From Trypanosoma brucei (lineage: Eukaryota): a stretch of 64,000 nt of DNA. The position numbers and the translations under genes are program-made. Position 1 is the stretch's first letter. Each line of letters opens with the position of its first letter. The notes beneath the pieces are model-generated. The model did no database searches. It saw only the letters and a program-made list of their open reading frames with translations, and was not told where the DNA came from. The stretch covers positions 1,216,001 through 1,280,000 of the forward strand of contig CP000071.1 in the NCBI GenBank assembly GCA_000002445.1, in the 5' to 3' direction. Positions 22,201-34,350 of this stretch are shown piece by piece.

Positions 22201-23234
22201 CTTTCTTTTTTTCTTTCCTTCTTTTTTTTTTTTCCTTTTTCCTTATTTAAAGTTGATATCTGTGCCCCGTTACTCTTCTATTTCTCTTTTTCTTTCCCTA
22301 ATGCAGATGAGGACAAGCAAAAGAGAAAACAAAGACATGCTCACAGATATAATCCTTTTTCTTTTTTCCTTTTCTTTTCCTTATTTAATTTTTCTTTCTT
22401 AAATAAATAAATATATATATATATTTATTTATTTATGTTTTTCTTTTATTTTTTCACTTTCCTTTTCGAAAAATATAAATGTGGGACCGACCATTCAAAC
22501 AAACAAATATTACCATAAAACAAAATCATTGGTATCGGATAATTATTATTTACCACTTGTGTGTGACCGTGGCAGTAGTAACTATTTACTGTTAATATAA
22601 AACCAAACACTAAACATAACAGAAGGGTGGAGAGGGGAGGGGGAGGGAGGAGAGAGGGGGAAGAAAAAAAAAAGAAAAAAGAAGGGAGCAAAAACATATA
22701 CACACAAACAAACAAAAACACCAAAAAGAGAGAGAGAGAAAAAAAGAAAAAAAAAGAAAAGAAAAGAAAAGAAAAGGAAAAAGTTCTGACGTGTCCACCT
22801 CCACCTCCATCTCCATCTCCACCCCATACATTTACACACATATTATAAATAAATGCAAATAAATATAAATATTAAATAAAATATTACCGTATCCCCTGCA
22901 GCTTATACGATGTAAGCAAGGAGTTGGTAAATTTATTACAAGATATAATCAATTGCTTCAGTCATTTCGCTCTTCATGAATACATTCGCCCGCAAGCCTC
23001 ACTGCTTTTGATACTAAAGACTTAAGAGCATAACAAAAATAAAAATAAAAACAACAAAAATGAAGTCATGTCATCATCATCTTATTCTTTCTTTTAAAGC
23101 TTTCTTTCTTTTTGTTTGTTTGTTTGTTTGTGTTTTTTTTTCCCCTTCCCACCAGTTATATCTCCTGCGGTGTACGGGAGATGACGTAATATATAAATCG
23201 TTAAGTCAAATATAACTGGTTTCAGGAACGGTGC

Positions 23235-23259
23235 GTGTGTGTGTGTGTGTGTGTGTGTG
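23235..23259. repeat. (GT)12 microsatellite
   Basis: gtgtgtgtgtgtgtgtgtgtgtgtg read directly. Confidence 0.9.
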
Positions 23260-24149
23260 GGAGGGGGAACAAAATATATACAAAAGCACGTAAGCAATAG
23301 CGGAATAAGGAGAAACTCACACGCACATTTCATCAATACACTAAAGGCACATATTTTAAAATTAAATAAATACAAGAAGAATGGATGATAAACAAAACAT
23401 ATGAATGGAAAGAGGAAATGAAAAGAATAAAAACAAAAAAGAAAAGAACGAAATTCAGTTTTTATTTTTTTTCCCCCTTCTGCATACATTCTTCGCTCAT
23501 TGGTGATGATTGCATCCATCACAACTTCTTCAGAGGCATTTATATTCCGCTTTATTTAATGCTATTTGCGAAATTATTTGTGCTTTACGAATGCCGCGAC
23601 AGGAAAAAAAAAAGAAAAAGATTACGACACTCCACCTTGTTTTTTTTTGCTCACAAGGAGCAGAAATTATGTTGTGACAAATATGATGGATATACCCTCC
23701 TCTGAAAGTGTGAAGTACACAAATATAAGAGAAACAAGAAAAAAAAGGGGGGGAACAAAAAAAAAACTAAACTAAAACTGAAAAAAAAGAAAAAAAACAC
23801 ACACAAACACACAAACACACAAACACATAAACACACAAACAATAGGCCAAAAAAAAAACACATATATATTGGCATTGATATGACCAAATATATTGTTAGC
23901 CTAAAGGCAAGGAAGTAATTGAAAGAACCAAATAAAAAAAGATAACGTATGAAAATAAATACAAAAAAAATGGGGGAAATATAAGCAGTCAAATACACAA
24001 ACCCGTTTCACAGGAAGGGGAAACGAAACAAAATGGAATGAAACGAAAGAAACTTCAGCAAAAGGGGAATATATCGTTGATTTGTAGATTATTTCATTTT
24101 TTCCCTTCCTTATTTAAAAGAAAAATACATCTCTGTGTAATATAATGTA

Positions 24150-24175
24150 ATATATATATATATATATATATATAT
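24150..24175. repeat. (TA)13 microsatellite
   Basis: Read directly. Confidence 0.9.
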
Positions 24176-27076
24176 TACAAAAGTTGTGGCGTTCTAATGC
24201 TTTGCTTTCACATCCTTCTCAAATATATAAATATTAACCATTAGCTGATCAACTGTTTTAATTATTTGTTCGTATTATATTTTTGTTCTTCATATAATAC
24301 ACCGTATTTTCATTCATTTATCATGTCATATGCGATGAAATGCCCAAAATATCATGGGGAAAAAATGAAAAATAAAAAAGAAAAGTGATATGAATAAATA
24401 ATTATATACCGTAAAAAAAAAAAAAAGACAAAAACAAAGAAAAAAAAGGAGAAGGTAAAGAAGAGAAGAGGAAAGAGGAAAAAAAAACAAAAACAGCAAC
24501 AATAACAACAGCAAAAGCGGGAGAGGAAACATAAGCATTATTTTCCCACACTAAATAATTTGACGCCGCGAGAAGGCACCAAAAAGCAACATCATCATGA
24601 AGATCAGCTAAATTAAAAAAAAAAACAATACAAAAAACAACGCCACCACCCACCCCCATCAGAAAAAAATGTGTGAATGATATCGTGAAGCGCGGAGACT
24701 CGCACAAGAAAAAAAAAAACGACCCAACAAAAAAAAAAAATGGAAAAACACTCACACGAGCAGTAAAAAAAAAAATTAAAATAAAAAGAAGGTCAATAAT
24801 AAACAAAAGAAAGGATAGAAAAAGGAAAACCAACCATATGTAAAATGAAGTGCGTAAAGAAAAAAGGAAAAAGAAGAAACCCCGTCAATATGAATATAGA
24901 AAACCAAACAACGTAAAAAGGAAGAAACTGAGAGGCGAAACAATATCACTATAAAACAAAACCAAAACAAAACAAAAGATAATAAAACGGAAGAAATGAT
25001 TGAAAGGAACTGGGCGATCTGCATTAAAATGACGGTAGGAAGTCGCTCACACTTCAATTATTTAACTCGAAATTCAATACCCCACGGCCTTTTGTATTTT
25101 TATTTTTCTTCCCTCCCCCCTGTTCTACAAAGCGGAGGCAACACAAACACAAATACAAACACGAATACAATAAAATAAAATAATAATCAAAGGAAAAACA
25201 AAAGCAAGAAGAAGAAAAGATGAAGAAAGGAAAAGACAGCGAGAGAGAAAGAGAGGTAAAGAGAAGGATAGGAAAAATGTTGGGGACACCTTTCAGGCAC
25301 ACACAAAAACAAAACAAAAGCAAGAAAGGACAGAGCAGCAGAAAGGGAAATGAGAAACAAAACATATTTTTTTTCTTTTAAAAAAAAAGCCTGCCCGACC
25401 TTCCTTACCGTATTCCGTTTTTATTAACTTTTTTTAAAATTTATTTTCGATTTATATTTCTTTATTTTCTTCCTCCTCCTCCTCCTCCTTGTTTTCACAC
25501 GTCTCCAACAACAAAACTGAGGTGGCGGGGGATTTGAAAAATTGCACGTGTTCAAAACCGAAAAGCGAAGATCCGGTAAAATCAGAACCCAAAAACTAAG
25601 CAACAAAAAAAAGGGAGGGATTAAAAAAAGAAAAAAAATTGTTATTTTGAAATGGGCGTGAAATGATCGAACACTCAAGGGGAACACTTTGGAATGGAAA
25701 AAAAAAAAGAAAAGAAAAAGAAGTGATTGCTCTAAAGAAGCACAAGATGGTGTCAAAATGACCTTTCAAATCCCCTTCCGTTCCCATTTCCAACATAATA
25801 ATAACAACACATGCGGACGCGACAAAAAAAAGGAAAGACAAAAAACAATAATAAAGAAACCAACAACAAAAAGAACTAAAAAGTAATTTTCATATTGTTA
25901 TTTCATTTCCCCCAAATGTGCCGTGTTTGTCAATACAACTGCCCCTTCTCTCTGCACTGCCTCATCACTCATTCTTCATTTCTTCTTCTTTGTATTATAT
26001 TATATATATATATATATATATTTTCTTTGATGTCAGTTCCCCATTGACCCCAACCCTATAAAAATATATTTGTTTGCTCCCTTCTTTTTCTTTTCTTTTG
26101 TATTTAACTTCGCTCTCACACCAGAGGGTGTGATATGGATATGGAAAGGTAAGACAAACAAACAAGAAAGAGGACCAAGAGGAAACAAAAAGATGAAACC
26201 CCCAATAATAATAATAGTGGTGATGATGGTAGTAGTAATAAAAATAATAACGGCATATAACTTATATTTCGTTATTACTGTTATTATCACTACTACTACC
26301 ACTATTATTTTCCTTTTCTTTTTTACTTGTCTTCCCACACATACATATATACACACACAAAGACAGCCACTTCTGTCATACCCTCCCTTTCTCTTTCATC
26401 TCTGCAACTTCCTGCAAGAAATCACAGAAAAAAAAGAAGAAAAGCACGAAAGAGACAATTTAATAGTAGTAATAATATTTGTTACTGTTTTTTTTTTTAA
26501 AAAAAAGAAAACTCAACTAAGTGAATGAAAGAGTCGTTTTTTTCTTCCTCTTTTTATTTTTTTTTTGAACTCCGCCAAGCGACAAACTTCAACACGGGTT
26601 GTTTCGATGGGGGAAAGTGGGGAAAGGGTAAAAAAACTGATGGTCCAAAAAAAGTAACCCAAGTAAGAAAACGCACAAAAAAAAATCACGAAAAAGAAAT
26701 ATGCTCCGTGCCATGTGGGCTAGGGATATTTTTCCTCTTTTTTTTTTCTTCCTTTGACTCGTGTCTCTCTTCTTTTATTTTTTCTTGGTTTTTGGTTTAT
26801 TATTTTTTTGTTTTGGTGCATTTTGAATCATATTTCTTATTGCACCAGTAGCACCTCTCTCTTATTTCACATCCTGCTTTCCTCTCCATTTTCAAAAAAA
26901 AAAATCTACCCACAGGAAAGCAAGAATAAATGAGTGAATGAACAAACAAACAAACAAACATATATATATATATATATATGTTGTTCGCCCTTATGCCACT
27001 GGGCCCACACCCATGTTCCGTAACTTCTCAGTTTCTCTTGTTTTTTTTCTTTCATTTTAAGCCTTATCTTTTGCAT

Positions 27077-28960
27077 TCACCCCTTATGTTGCGTTACCAC
27101 GGTGGCCTCATGTACTTCTTCGAGCCATCGGCGTACAAATGTGTGTATTTCCCGTCGCTGCTCTCCCGCCTCATCGGATCCCCTCCGCCAGAAATGAGGA
27201 GAAGCGACCTCATCACTCCCTTGATTGCGGGTCCACATATGCTGAGAGCAACCACCATGAGACATACGTGCCGTTTCCCGAGTTACTGTTGGGTAATTGC
27301 CAAACACTAATGGAGCGTCGTGGGCTGGAACTTGGTTAGAAATATCATACGCCGCCCGAGCCTCCTTGATGTGTTTCGATACAGCGAGTGAGTTTTCTTG
27401 CTTTGCTTTTAACTTCTCAGCATAAACAAACTCCTCGAATGCATATGATGCAGGGGGTTTTGCATTACCGATACGAGCAAAACTCACGTGTTTGGAATCA
27501 GTAGTAGAAGATGATGGCAGTAATTGCAGTGGTGCTTCCTCCTTATGAGGCATTGTGAGAAACTCAACAGGAAATGCCGGATCTGCTTCGCCACCATCAG
27601 TTACCACCGTTACCTCCCGCTCCCCGTCCGAATCTCCATCTGTTGAGGAGCAGCGGTTTATTAACGTTAGGAAACGTTGCACGTTTTCGGACGTTTCGGG
27701 TGGTTTTAAGCCCTTCATACCCATTCCGAAGCAACAAGAGCTGGTAGTAACGATGGAAAGTGCATCAAACACTTTGTAATCTTGATGGTAATCATCATCC
27801 AACCCTACGTAAAACTCGGGACGGTACTCATCCGATCCATCTCTCGCATCACAGTGCAAAGGGCGTTCATACAAGCAATAAGTGCATTCCGCGGTCCTCC
27901 TTCTACGAGGAGAGTTAACATGCTTCAAAGGAATCTCTTGCGCTTCTCCACCCCCGTACCCGCTGTCCTCCAAACAAATAAGACGTGAGCTTTGCAAAAG
28001 CGTGCCTTCCTTTATTGTGTTGGTAGTGCCCTGCAACGACTCAATAGTATTTGGCACTACCGTGGGGATGACTACTTCGCTACCAATTCCAATATATTGT
28101 TTAGATGCATCCTCATCACCATACTTACGATTTGTGTCGTTGGATCCTAAAGTTATGTACCCAACTGTTCGACTGTGGCACGTTTCAGAATTCATCATCT
28201 GCTCGTGCGTGCTATACAGAGTTGGATCTGTTACACTCCCCAATCCGTCCTGAAGTGGCCCGAGTTGTGGGATGGAAGTGGAGAAATCCATATCACCGTG
28301 GGTAGTGCTATTCACTACACTTTCAAATTGTGGGAAAAATGAGGTACACGGCGGTGCTCTATACATTAACAGTCCCTGGGGTACATTTGTTTGCTCCTGG
28401 CGAATATTTGCTCTTGCGGTGGTTACCGCTGAGTGCCATCCATGGTGAACCGTAAGGTGCAGACTGTGGTTTCCCTGTCGATGGTGAATAACACTAGAGA
28501 AATGACCCTCTCCCTGTGGCTGAAGTTGTTTACACTCTCTTAATCCCTGAGTATTTGTTTTTTGGGGCACTCGCTCAGCTGCTGTCCTTGCTGCAGACCA
28601 ATCCCAACGTATGCTGGGACTCTGCTTACAAGGGCTGTCGGTGTCACCGACGAAGTTTGGGAGTTGAGACCACGAAAAAGAAGATTGCTGCATTTGTTGC
28701 ATGATGGGTAGGGTGCTGCTTCGTACGGTTGTTCCTTGTGTTAGTTCCAACATATCCACTGGAAACAACGCGCTGCTGCTAGCTTCCTTATCGGGTCCCT
28801 TCGGTTCCAACATTTCTTCTTTTTTTGTTTTAGATTTGTTATTACTCTCCTCTACCATTTTGTCACCGCTAGAGTGGCGATGCGGACCTGGCCAGTGGGA
28901 GCGTGTAGGGAAACGGCACATGAAGTGCTGCTCAACCAACGATGCAAATAGATCTAGCAT
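27077..28960 (-). CDS. Hypothetical protein (627 aa), Ser/Thr/Gln-rich with no recognisable domain; isolated between two long ORF-free tracts
   Basis: ORF 27077..28960(-). Composition is complex and non-repetitive, unlike the surrounding low-complexity DNA. It runs in the same direction as the unit. I found no catalytic or RNA-binding motif by eye. Confidence 0.6.
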   Translation of the reverse strand: MLDLFASLVEQHFMCRFPTRSHWPGPHRHSSGDKMVEESNNKSKTKKEEMLEPKGPDKEASSSALFPVDMLELTQGTTVRSSTLPIMQQMQQSSFSWSQLPNFVGDTDSPCKQSPSIRWDWSAARTAAERVPQKTNTQGLRECKQLQPQGEGHFSSVIHHRQGNHSLHLTVHHGWHSAVTTARANIRQEQTNVPQGLLMYRAPPCTSFFPQFESVVNSTTHGDMDFSTSIPQLGPLQDGLGSVTDPTLYSTHEQMMNSETCHSRTVGYITLGSNDTNRKYGDEDASKQYIGIGSEVVIPTVVPNTIESLQGTTNTIKEGTLLQSSRLICLEDSGYGGGEAQEIPLKHVNSPRRRRTAECTYCLYERPLHCDARDGSDEYRPEFYVGLDDDYHQDYKVFDALSIVTTSSCCFGMGMKGLKPPETSENVQRFLTLINRCSSTDGDSDGEREVTVVTDGGEADPAFPVEFLTMPHKEEAPLQLLPSSSTTDSKHVSFARIGNAKPPASYAFEEFVYAEKLKAKQENSLAVSKHIKEARAAYDISNQVPAHDAPLVFGNYPTVTRETARMSHGGCSQHMWTRNQGSDEVASPHFWRRGSDEAGEQRREIHTFVRRWLEEVHEATVVTQHKG

Positions 28961-29473
28961 GGATATGTAATTATATATGATTATATATATATTTTTTTTT
29001 CTTTTTTTTCTTTATATATATATATATACGTATATGTATTTATATATACTATGTGAAAAAATATGTTGTCGTATCCCTCACCCCCTCTCTTTACTAAAAG
29101 AAAAAAAAAGGTGGGTACCAATTCGTCCCTTCGAAATCAAATGGGGTAAAACAAGCAAACAAACAAAAAAGAAGAGGCAGAACAGAGAGTGCGTAATAAC
29201 AGGTTTCGATGCAAAGAGTATACAAGTGGCAAAACCTCAATTTTACTCCCCCCCAAAAAAAAAAATAATAATTCCAAATTGGAGATTCCACTGAAACAAC
29301 GACACCAAAAATAATCTTGGGGCGCTCATTCCGTGCACCACATCTGAAAATATGACATTTATATATGCACTTATATTTGTAAGAAATTGAGTGAATTTGA
29401 AAGGATGTTATAGGGTAGAAGATTACCTACCAGAATTATTTCAGGTGCCAAACCCACCTTAATCATTCCTCTT

Positions 29474-29504
<31 letters not shown>

Positions 29505-32500
29505 TATTATTATTATTAGTATTAAAATATCCCTTTTGTTGCGTCCGCATGTAAATGTAGAAGTTTACAATTACTCACAGTACATCACTCCCCCGATGTT
29601 TCCAGTTGAATCGCCTGCCACCGCATTAAACATACAAATTCATTTGTACCCCGGTCAGGAATTGAACAACAACAACAAGTCACCATATTTCTTTAGCTTC
29701 TAACATATTTTTTCCTCTTCTTTTCTTAATGTTGTTTTGAGATACCCAACGTCACGTAACGTCTGCCTTAAAGAACACATTTCATTCCCGAGCAGCGCCT
29801 TCCTTTTTTAAAAAAAAATTTTATAGGTAATCCAAAGGCGCATTGCAACAGTCATTTTATTTCCTACGATTTTCCCTTGACACTCGCTATTGAAGGTGAC
29901 ATGATTTTAATCACTAAGAGATAACTAACGGACACGGAGAAAAACAAAAAAAAAGAGGAAAGAATATGAGTGTGATAAAGAATTTCTTGTAAAAAAAAAA
30001 GGAAAAGAAAAGAAATGCAACAAAACCCAAATTATTCATCAATCAATAAACCGATTTCGTCAACGCGATCAGCGAGTTTAATAACAAAAGGAAAAGTGAA
30101 GGGATGAGGCAGACGGAATAAATAATGACAAATAACAGTAATGAAAACACAACCATAAGACTGTGTGACAACCGCGGCAAAAAAAAAAAGAATTGAAATG
30201 AAACAAACATCCAAAACACCAACAAAAAAAGTACCAACACCAACTGCGAACCGGGGAAGAAAGGCGGAGTGAGAAAGGCACACAAACAAACACACACAAA
30301 TACATACAAATATAAATAAATAAATAAATATATATATATAACGATGAAAGTGCAGACTAGTATTCTGGGATATATCACCACTTCCATGAATGAAATAATT
30401 TTTAAAAAAACAACGAGAAATTGTCATCGCTCAGCCATTGAAGACGATGCTCACCGCTAACAAACAAGAACAACAACAGAACGAGAAAGAAAAGAAAAAA
30501 AAAGAACAAATTACCTCAAAGTATTAAATATATAATTTGTAACATGAAAACAAGAACAAAAAGGACTGGGAATGAACACAAGAGAATAGAAACGAAAAAA
30601 AAAGATAACATCACCGTCAATCACTCGGACCACAATAATAGCGAATAAAGCAACTGCGAACGGATGAAAAGAAACAGGAGAAGAAAAATAAAAGGGATAG
30701 CTGCAGCGTACCAGCAGTAATTCAAAAAGGAATGGTCAGCTTAAGGAATAAAAGGAATAATCATAATAATATCACTCACCATTAGCGGACGTGCCGTGTA
30801 TTTCTTGTACCGGCTCGCCAACTTTCCTTTTCTTTCCTTTCCTTTTGTTCTTTTTTTTTCCCCCCCTTTTATTCGTTCTCAATTTGTTCTTCCAATGCCT
30901 ATAATTAAACACGTCACTACCAGTTCGCGTGTTTATTTCATACGGTTCATTGACTCTCTTCTTTTTCATTTCTCTCTATTCTTTTCCCCCTTACTTTCTT
31001 TTTTCTTTTTTTTTCTTTCATGCGCTTCATTTTCTCTCCTTCATTCATTCTGATCGCGCCCACTCTTTTCTCCTTCCCCCCTTCCCTCTTTTTTTTCTTT
31101 TTTAATCCTTTTTTTAAATTCTTCTATAATAATATATAAATATTATTTTTACTTCTGAACGTGTGCGGTACCGTCCTGCAATTTCGCATTATCAATTCTT
31201 TCACATTACTTTCCCTCTTTGTACCTTTCTTTTCTTTTCTTTTTAAAGACACTCTACCTTATATTTGCTGCTTCTTTCACTACTTTAGTCTTTCAAATTT
31301 CCTTTTAATATTTCATTCAGGTTGCTCATCTTGCAACCAACGTTTATTTTCTCGCCGACACAACAAAAAACAACAAAAAACAAAAAGAACTTACGGCGCT
31401 GCCACTTTCATTTTTTTTTTCCCCCCCACCTCCTCCCGCTTCTCATATCTCACACCCTTTCAACATGCCGTTATTGCAGCACATCAAGGAGCCCACTTCA
31501 TTCTTCATTCTTTATCCTTCTCTTCCTTTCTCCTACAAATGATAGCCAAAATAGAAATTAAAAAAAAAAAGAAAAAAAAAAGAAAACAGAACAAATAATT
31601 CAACAAACTTGGGTTGCCTCTTTTCTTTATGTTTTATTTGTTCTTTTAATTCTGCTTTATTCATTTATTCAAATCATTCTCTTTTTTTTTTGTTTTTCTC
31701 CTCTTCTTTTTTGTTTTTTTTTTTAAATAACCGCGACTGCTCATCACCTCACGCATCTCTTCTTAATGTTTTTTTTTTTTGCCCCCCCCCTCCAAAAACA
31801 AAAAATCCTTCAACCCCGTTATGTTTCCTTTCTTTTCTTCATTCCCAATCGCGTCACACCTCAATGCAAAAACAGTGAGAAAAAAAAGGAAAAAAAGGAA
31901 AAGGAAGCAAAAAAAAAAAAAGAAAACAAAAAGAAAACAAGACACAAACGCCAATGTTGCGGCCGGAAAGGTCCATGTGGCAGCAACAACAACAAAATGA
32001 AGAAAACAAAACGAAACAAAAAAACACAAACAAACAAACAAACAAAAAAGAAAAATAAATGGATGGAGATGTTGTGTAGAGTGATGGAGAGCTAATCGGG
32101 CCGTTATGCAATAACATTTTTTTTTTTTTAAAGCCGAGAAAAAAAACAAGAAAGAAAACAAAACTGTTTAGAGGAAGGAAGCGGAAGATGAGAAAAAAAA
32201 ACAAAAAAAAGTGAGGGACTTTTAACGGACCAAATGACAAGAAGGAGCGCGTTCGTAACTGGGAGGACCCGCTTCTATTCTCTAACATGTGAACTCCTTA
32301 CGGGGAGGAAAGAGAAGGTGATAATAATAATAATAATAATAAATCAAAGAGGGGGAAATCACAGAGAGAGGAGGAACAACAACAACAAAAAAAAAACAAC
32401 AACACCGCACCGGAAGGGAGGAACTCAAAAAGTAAAAACAAAAAACAAAAAAGGCACCAGCGGCATCTCCACAGCACCAACAGGAGGCGAGCGCGCAACA

Positions 32501-32876
32501 ACGAGGTGAAGAAAGGGTGGAACAGGATTTTTTTTTAAAAAAAGAAGGAAGTCAGGCCGTCAGAACAAGTCAGGGATGCGGCAGAGGTGTCATATATTAC
32601 ACTGCTATGAGGTTCATTATTTAATTATAGTGTCTACTTCATTTCCCTGTACACACAAACCTAACCTCAACGTACCCAACTAACCAAACACCACTGGAGA
32701 TCACCGTAAACAAAAAAAAAGGTACTGGAAAGCAACAGCGCCCCCTGCAAATTCGCCAGACGAAAAAAAAAAGAGAAGCACAGAACTTCAATGACATCAC
32801 AATGAACATTTTCCCTCTAATCTATTTCCTTTTGCCCACTCGGACCCTTGCTTTTCCTTTTTCTCCTCTTTAATGC
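28961..32876. other. Second ORF-free AT-rich low-complexity tract (about 3.9 kb)
   Basis: Only low-complexity short ORFs. It contains the palindromic (AAT)n(ATT)n tract at 29475-29526 and long A/T homopolymers. Confidence 0.75.
29475..29526. repeat. Palindromic trinucleotide tract (AAT)n·(ATT)n, potential hairpin or cruciform
   Basis: aataataataataatactaataataataa|ttattattattattagtattaaaat. The right arm approximates the reverse complement of the left, centred near 29503/29504. Confidence 0.7.
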
Positions 32877-34136
32877 TCAACTTTTCCATATACCACACGT
32901 ATTATCCTTCGATCCCGTTAATATTGTGTCTCCCTCATAGTTGAAAGCACACGAAAATATCTCATCATTATGCCCCGTAAGCGTTTGTAAATTCTGCCCC
33001 GTTTCCACGCTCCACACTCGACACGTCTTGTCATTTGCAGCCGAAATAATTTTTGTGCCTTGTGGGTTGAATTGAACCTTCGAAATCTCCCCTTCGTGCC
33101 CCACCAGACTTGCGACGCAGTTAAATGTCGCCGTGTCGTATACACGCGCCGTTGCATCTGCACTAGCCGTTACAATTTGGGATCCCGATGTGCTGAAAGC
33201 AACGTCAAGAATTTCATCCGTGTGCCCACGCAGCGTTGAAACACACTGTCCACTGCCTACATCCCACAACTTACTCGTGCGGTCAATGCATCCTGTGACG
33301 CAGAGGTTCCCAGCAAAGTTAAATTGCGTGGAGGAAATCTCCGCTCGATGGGAGCTCAATGTGTGTACGCATTTTCCCGTCCGCACATCCCACAACTTCG
33401 CAGTGGTGTCGAAACTACCAGTGAGAATGAGATCCCCATTCGTGTTAAAATTTAGTGAGACGATTTCTGCGGTGTGGCCGAGTAGTGTGTACAATTCTTG
33501 CCCTGTTTCAACATTCCACACCTTTGCCGTGTAATCCATTGAACCTGACGACAAGTGTGTGCTCTGGGGGTTGAAACTCATGCACACAATTTCCGCCATG
33601 TGTCCCGCCAGCGTGCAGTAGCACTGAGCTGTCCGTGCATCCCATATCTTACATGTTTTGTCGAAACTCCCTGTGGCTACTCGGTTGCCGTACGGGTTGT
33701 TGAACGAAACAGAGTAAACAACGTTTCGATGTCCCTCAAGAGAAACAATTTCATTGCCCGTGGCCGTGTCCCATACCTTACAGGTGCGGTCATAACTTCC
33801 TGTGATGAAAGAATCACCGCCTTTATTGAAGGCACAGTTGGTCAGTGGCAGCATGTGCGCTCGGAGAGTCTTGAAGAGGTAAAACGTTTGGTTGTTGTTG
33901 TAACCCGCACGAAGTTTGTCCACCAGGCGTTGCAGATACGTGACAATCTGCGGCAGAAGATTCATGGAGAGCAGGGGCTCCTCCTTGATTATTTCTGCGG
34001 CCAAGAGTTCTAGATTGGTGTTTGGCGTCAGCGTGAGTAAATCTATATGCTTCTCGCCCACCTCCCCAACGGAGGTCTCATATTCCAACGTTATTCCCGG
34101 AGGGTAGTATCGCAGCAAGAAGGAACGAAGCCGCAT
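32877..34136 (-). CDS. DAW1: WD40-repeat dynein assembly factor DAW1 / ODA16 (WDR69) homolog (419 aa)
   Basis: The N-terminal region [20 protein letters not shown]...[81 protein letters not shown] matches, almost block for block, the ODA16/DAW1 sequence I recall ([74 protein letters not shown]). Eight or more WD repeats with GH...WD spacing follow. Confidence 0.8.
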   Translation of the reverse strand: MRLRSFLLRYYPPGITLEYETSVGEVGEKHIDLLTLTPNTNLELLAAEIIKEEPLLSMNLLPQIVTYLQRLVDKLRAGYNNNQTFYLFKTLRAHMLPLTNCAFNKGGDSFITGSYDRTCKVWDTATGNEIVSLEGHRNVVYSVSFNNPYGNRVATGSFDKTCKIWDARTAQCYCTLAGHMAEIVCMSFNPQSTHLSSGSMDYTAKVWNVETGQELYTLLGHTAEIVSLNFNTNGDLILTGSFDTTAKLWDVRTGKCVHTLSSHRAEISSTQFNFAGNLCVTGCIDRTSKLWDVGSGQCVSTLRGHTDEILDVAFSTSGSQIVTASADATARVYDTATFNCVASLVGHEGEISKVQFNPQGTKIISAANDKTCRVWSVETGQNLQTLTGHNDEIFSCAFNYEGDTILTGSKDNTCGIWKS

Positions 34137-34350
34137 GGGTTCAGTAAGTGGATGTGGGGGAAGAGTTAAACGAAGTCGGATATAAATATATATAAAGTAA
34201 ATGAGATTAAACCTTGAAGTAGCTAATCAACAACAAGTGACTGCTTTTTCTATACTTTAATATATGTACGTATATATGTTGCTCCTATAGAGTTAGAAAT
34301 AACACAAAACAAGAAAAAGGATGGTGCGAAAGTAACAGAAACCTTTCCAT
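34137..34350 (-). promoter_or_regulatory. Probable trans-splice acceptor and polypyrimidine-tract region upstream of DAW1 (kinetoplastid SL addition, coupled to upstream polyadenylation)
   Basis: The plus strand is purine-rich here (ggatgtgggggaagagttaaacgaagtcggatataaatatatataaagtaaatgagattaaacc), which makes a pyrimidine-rich tract on the transcribed minus strand, with AG dinucleotides just upstream of the ATG. I could not map the exact acceptor. Confidence 0.3.

Larger units (their letters stand above)
16140..27076. other. ORF-free, AT-rich, low-complexity tract of about 11 kb inside the minus-strand polycistron (a giant UTR and/or non-coding RNA region)
   Basis: The six-frame track shows only short low-complexity ORFs (poly-Phe/Leu/Lys). 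There are long homopolymer A/T runs, (TA)n at 17363-17390, 17545-17570 and 24150-24175, (GT)n at 23235-23259, (CACACAAA)n at 23800-23848, (TCC)n at 25466-25490 and G-runs at 19721-19733 and 21026-21036. Composition contrasts sharply with the roughly 50% GC coding blocks on either side. Confidence 0.8.

Noticed and set aside
21649-22841. Several 130-160-aa ORFs in the AT-rich tract (e.g. 21649..22143-, 21944..22402+, 22446..22841-)
   Set aside because: The translations are poly-Phe/Leu/Lys/Ile low-complexity strings produced by homopolymer and microsatellite DNA. They have no coding-like composition.
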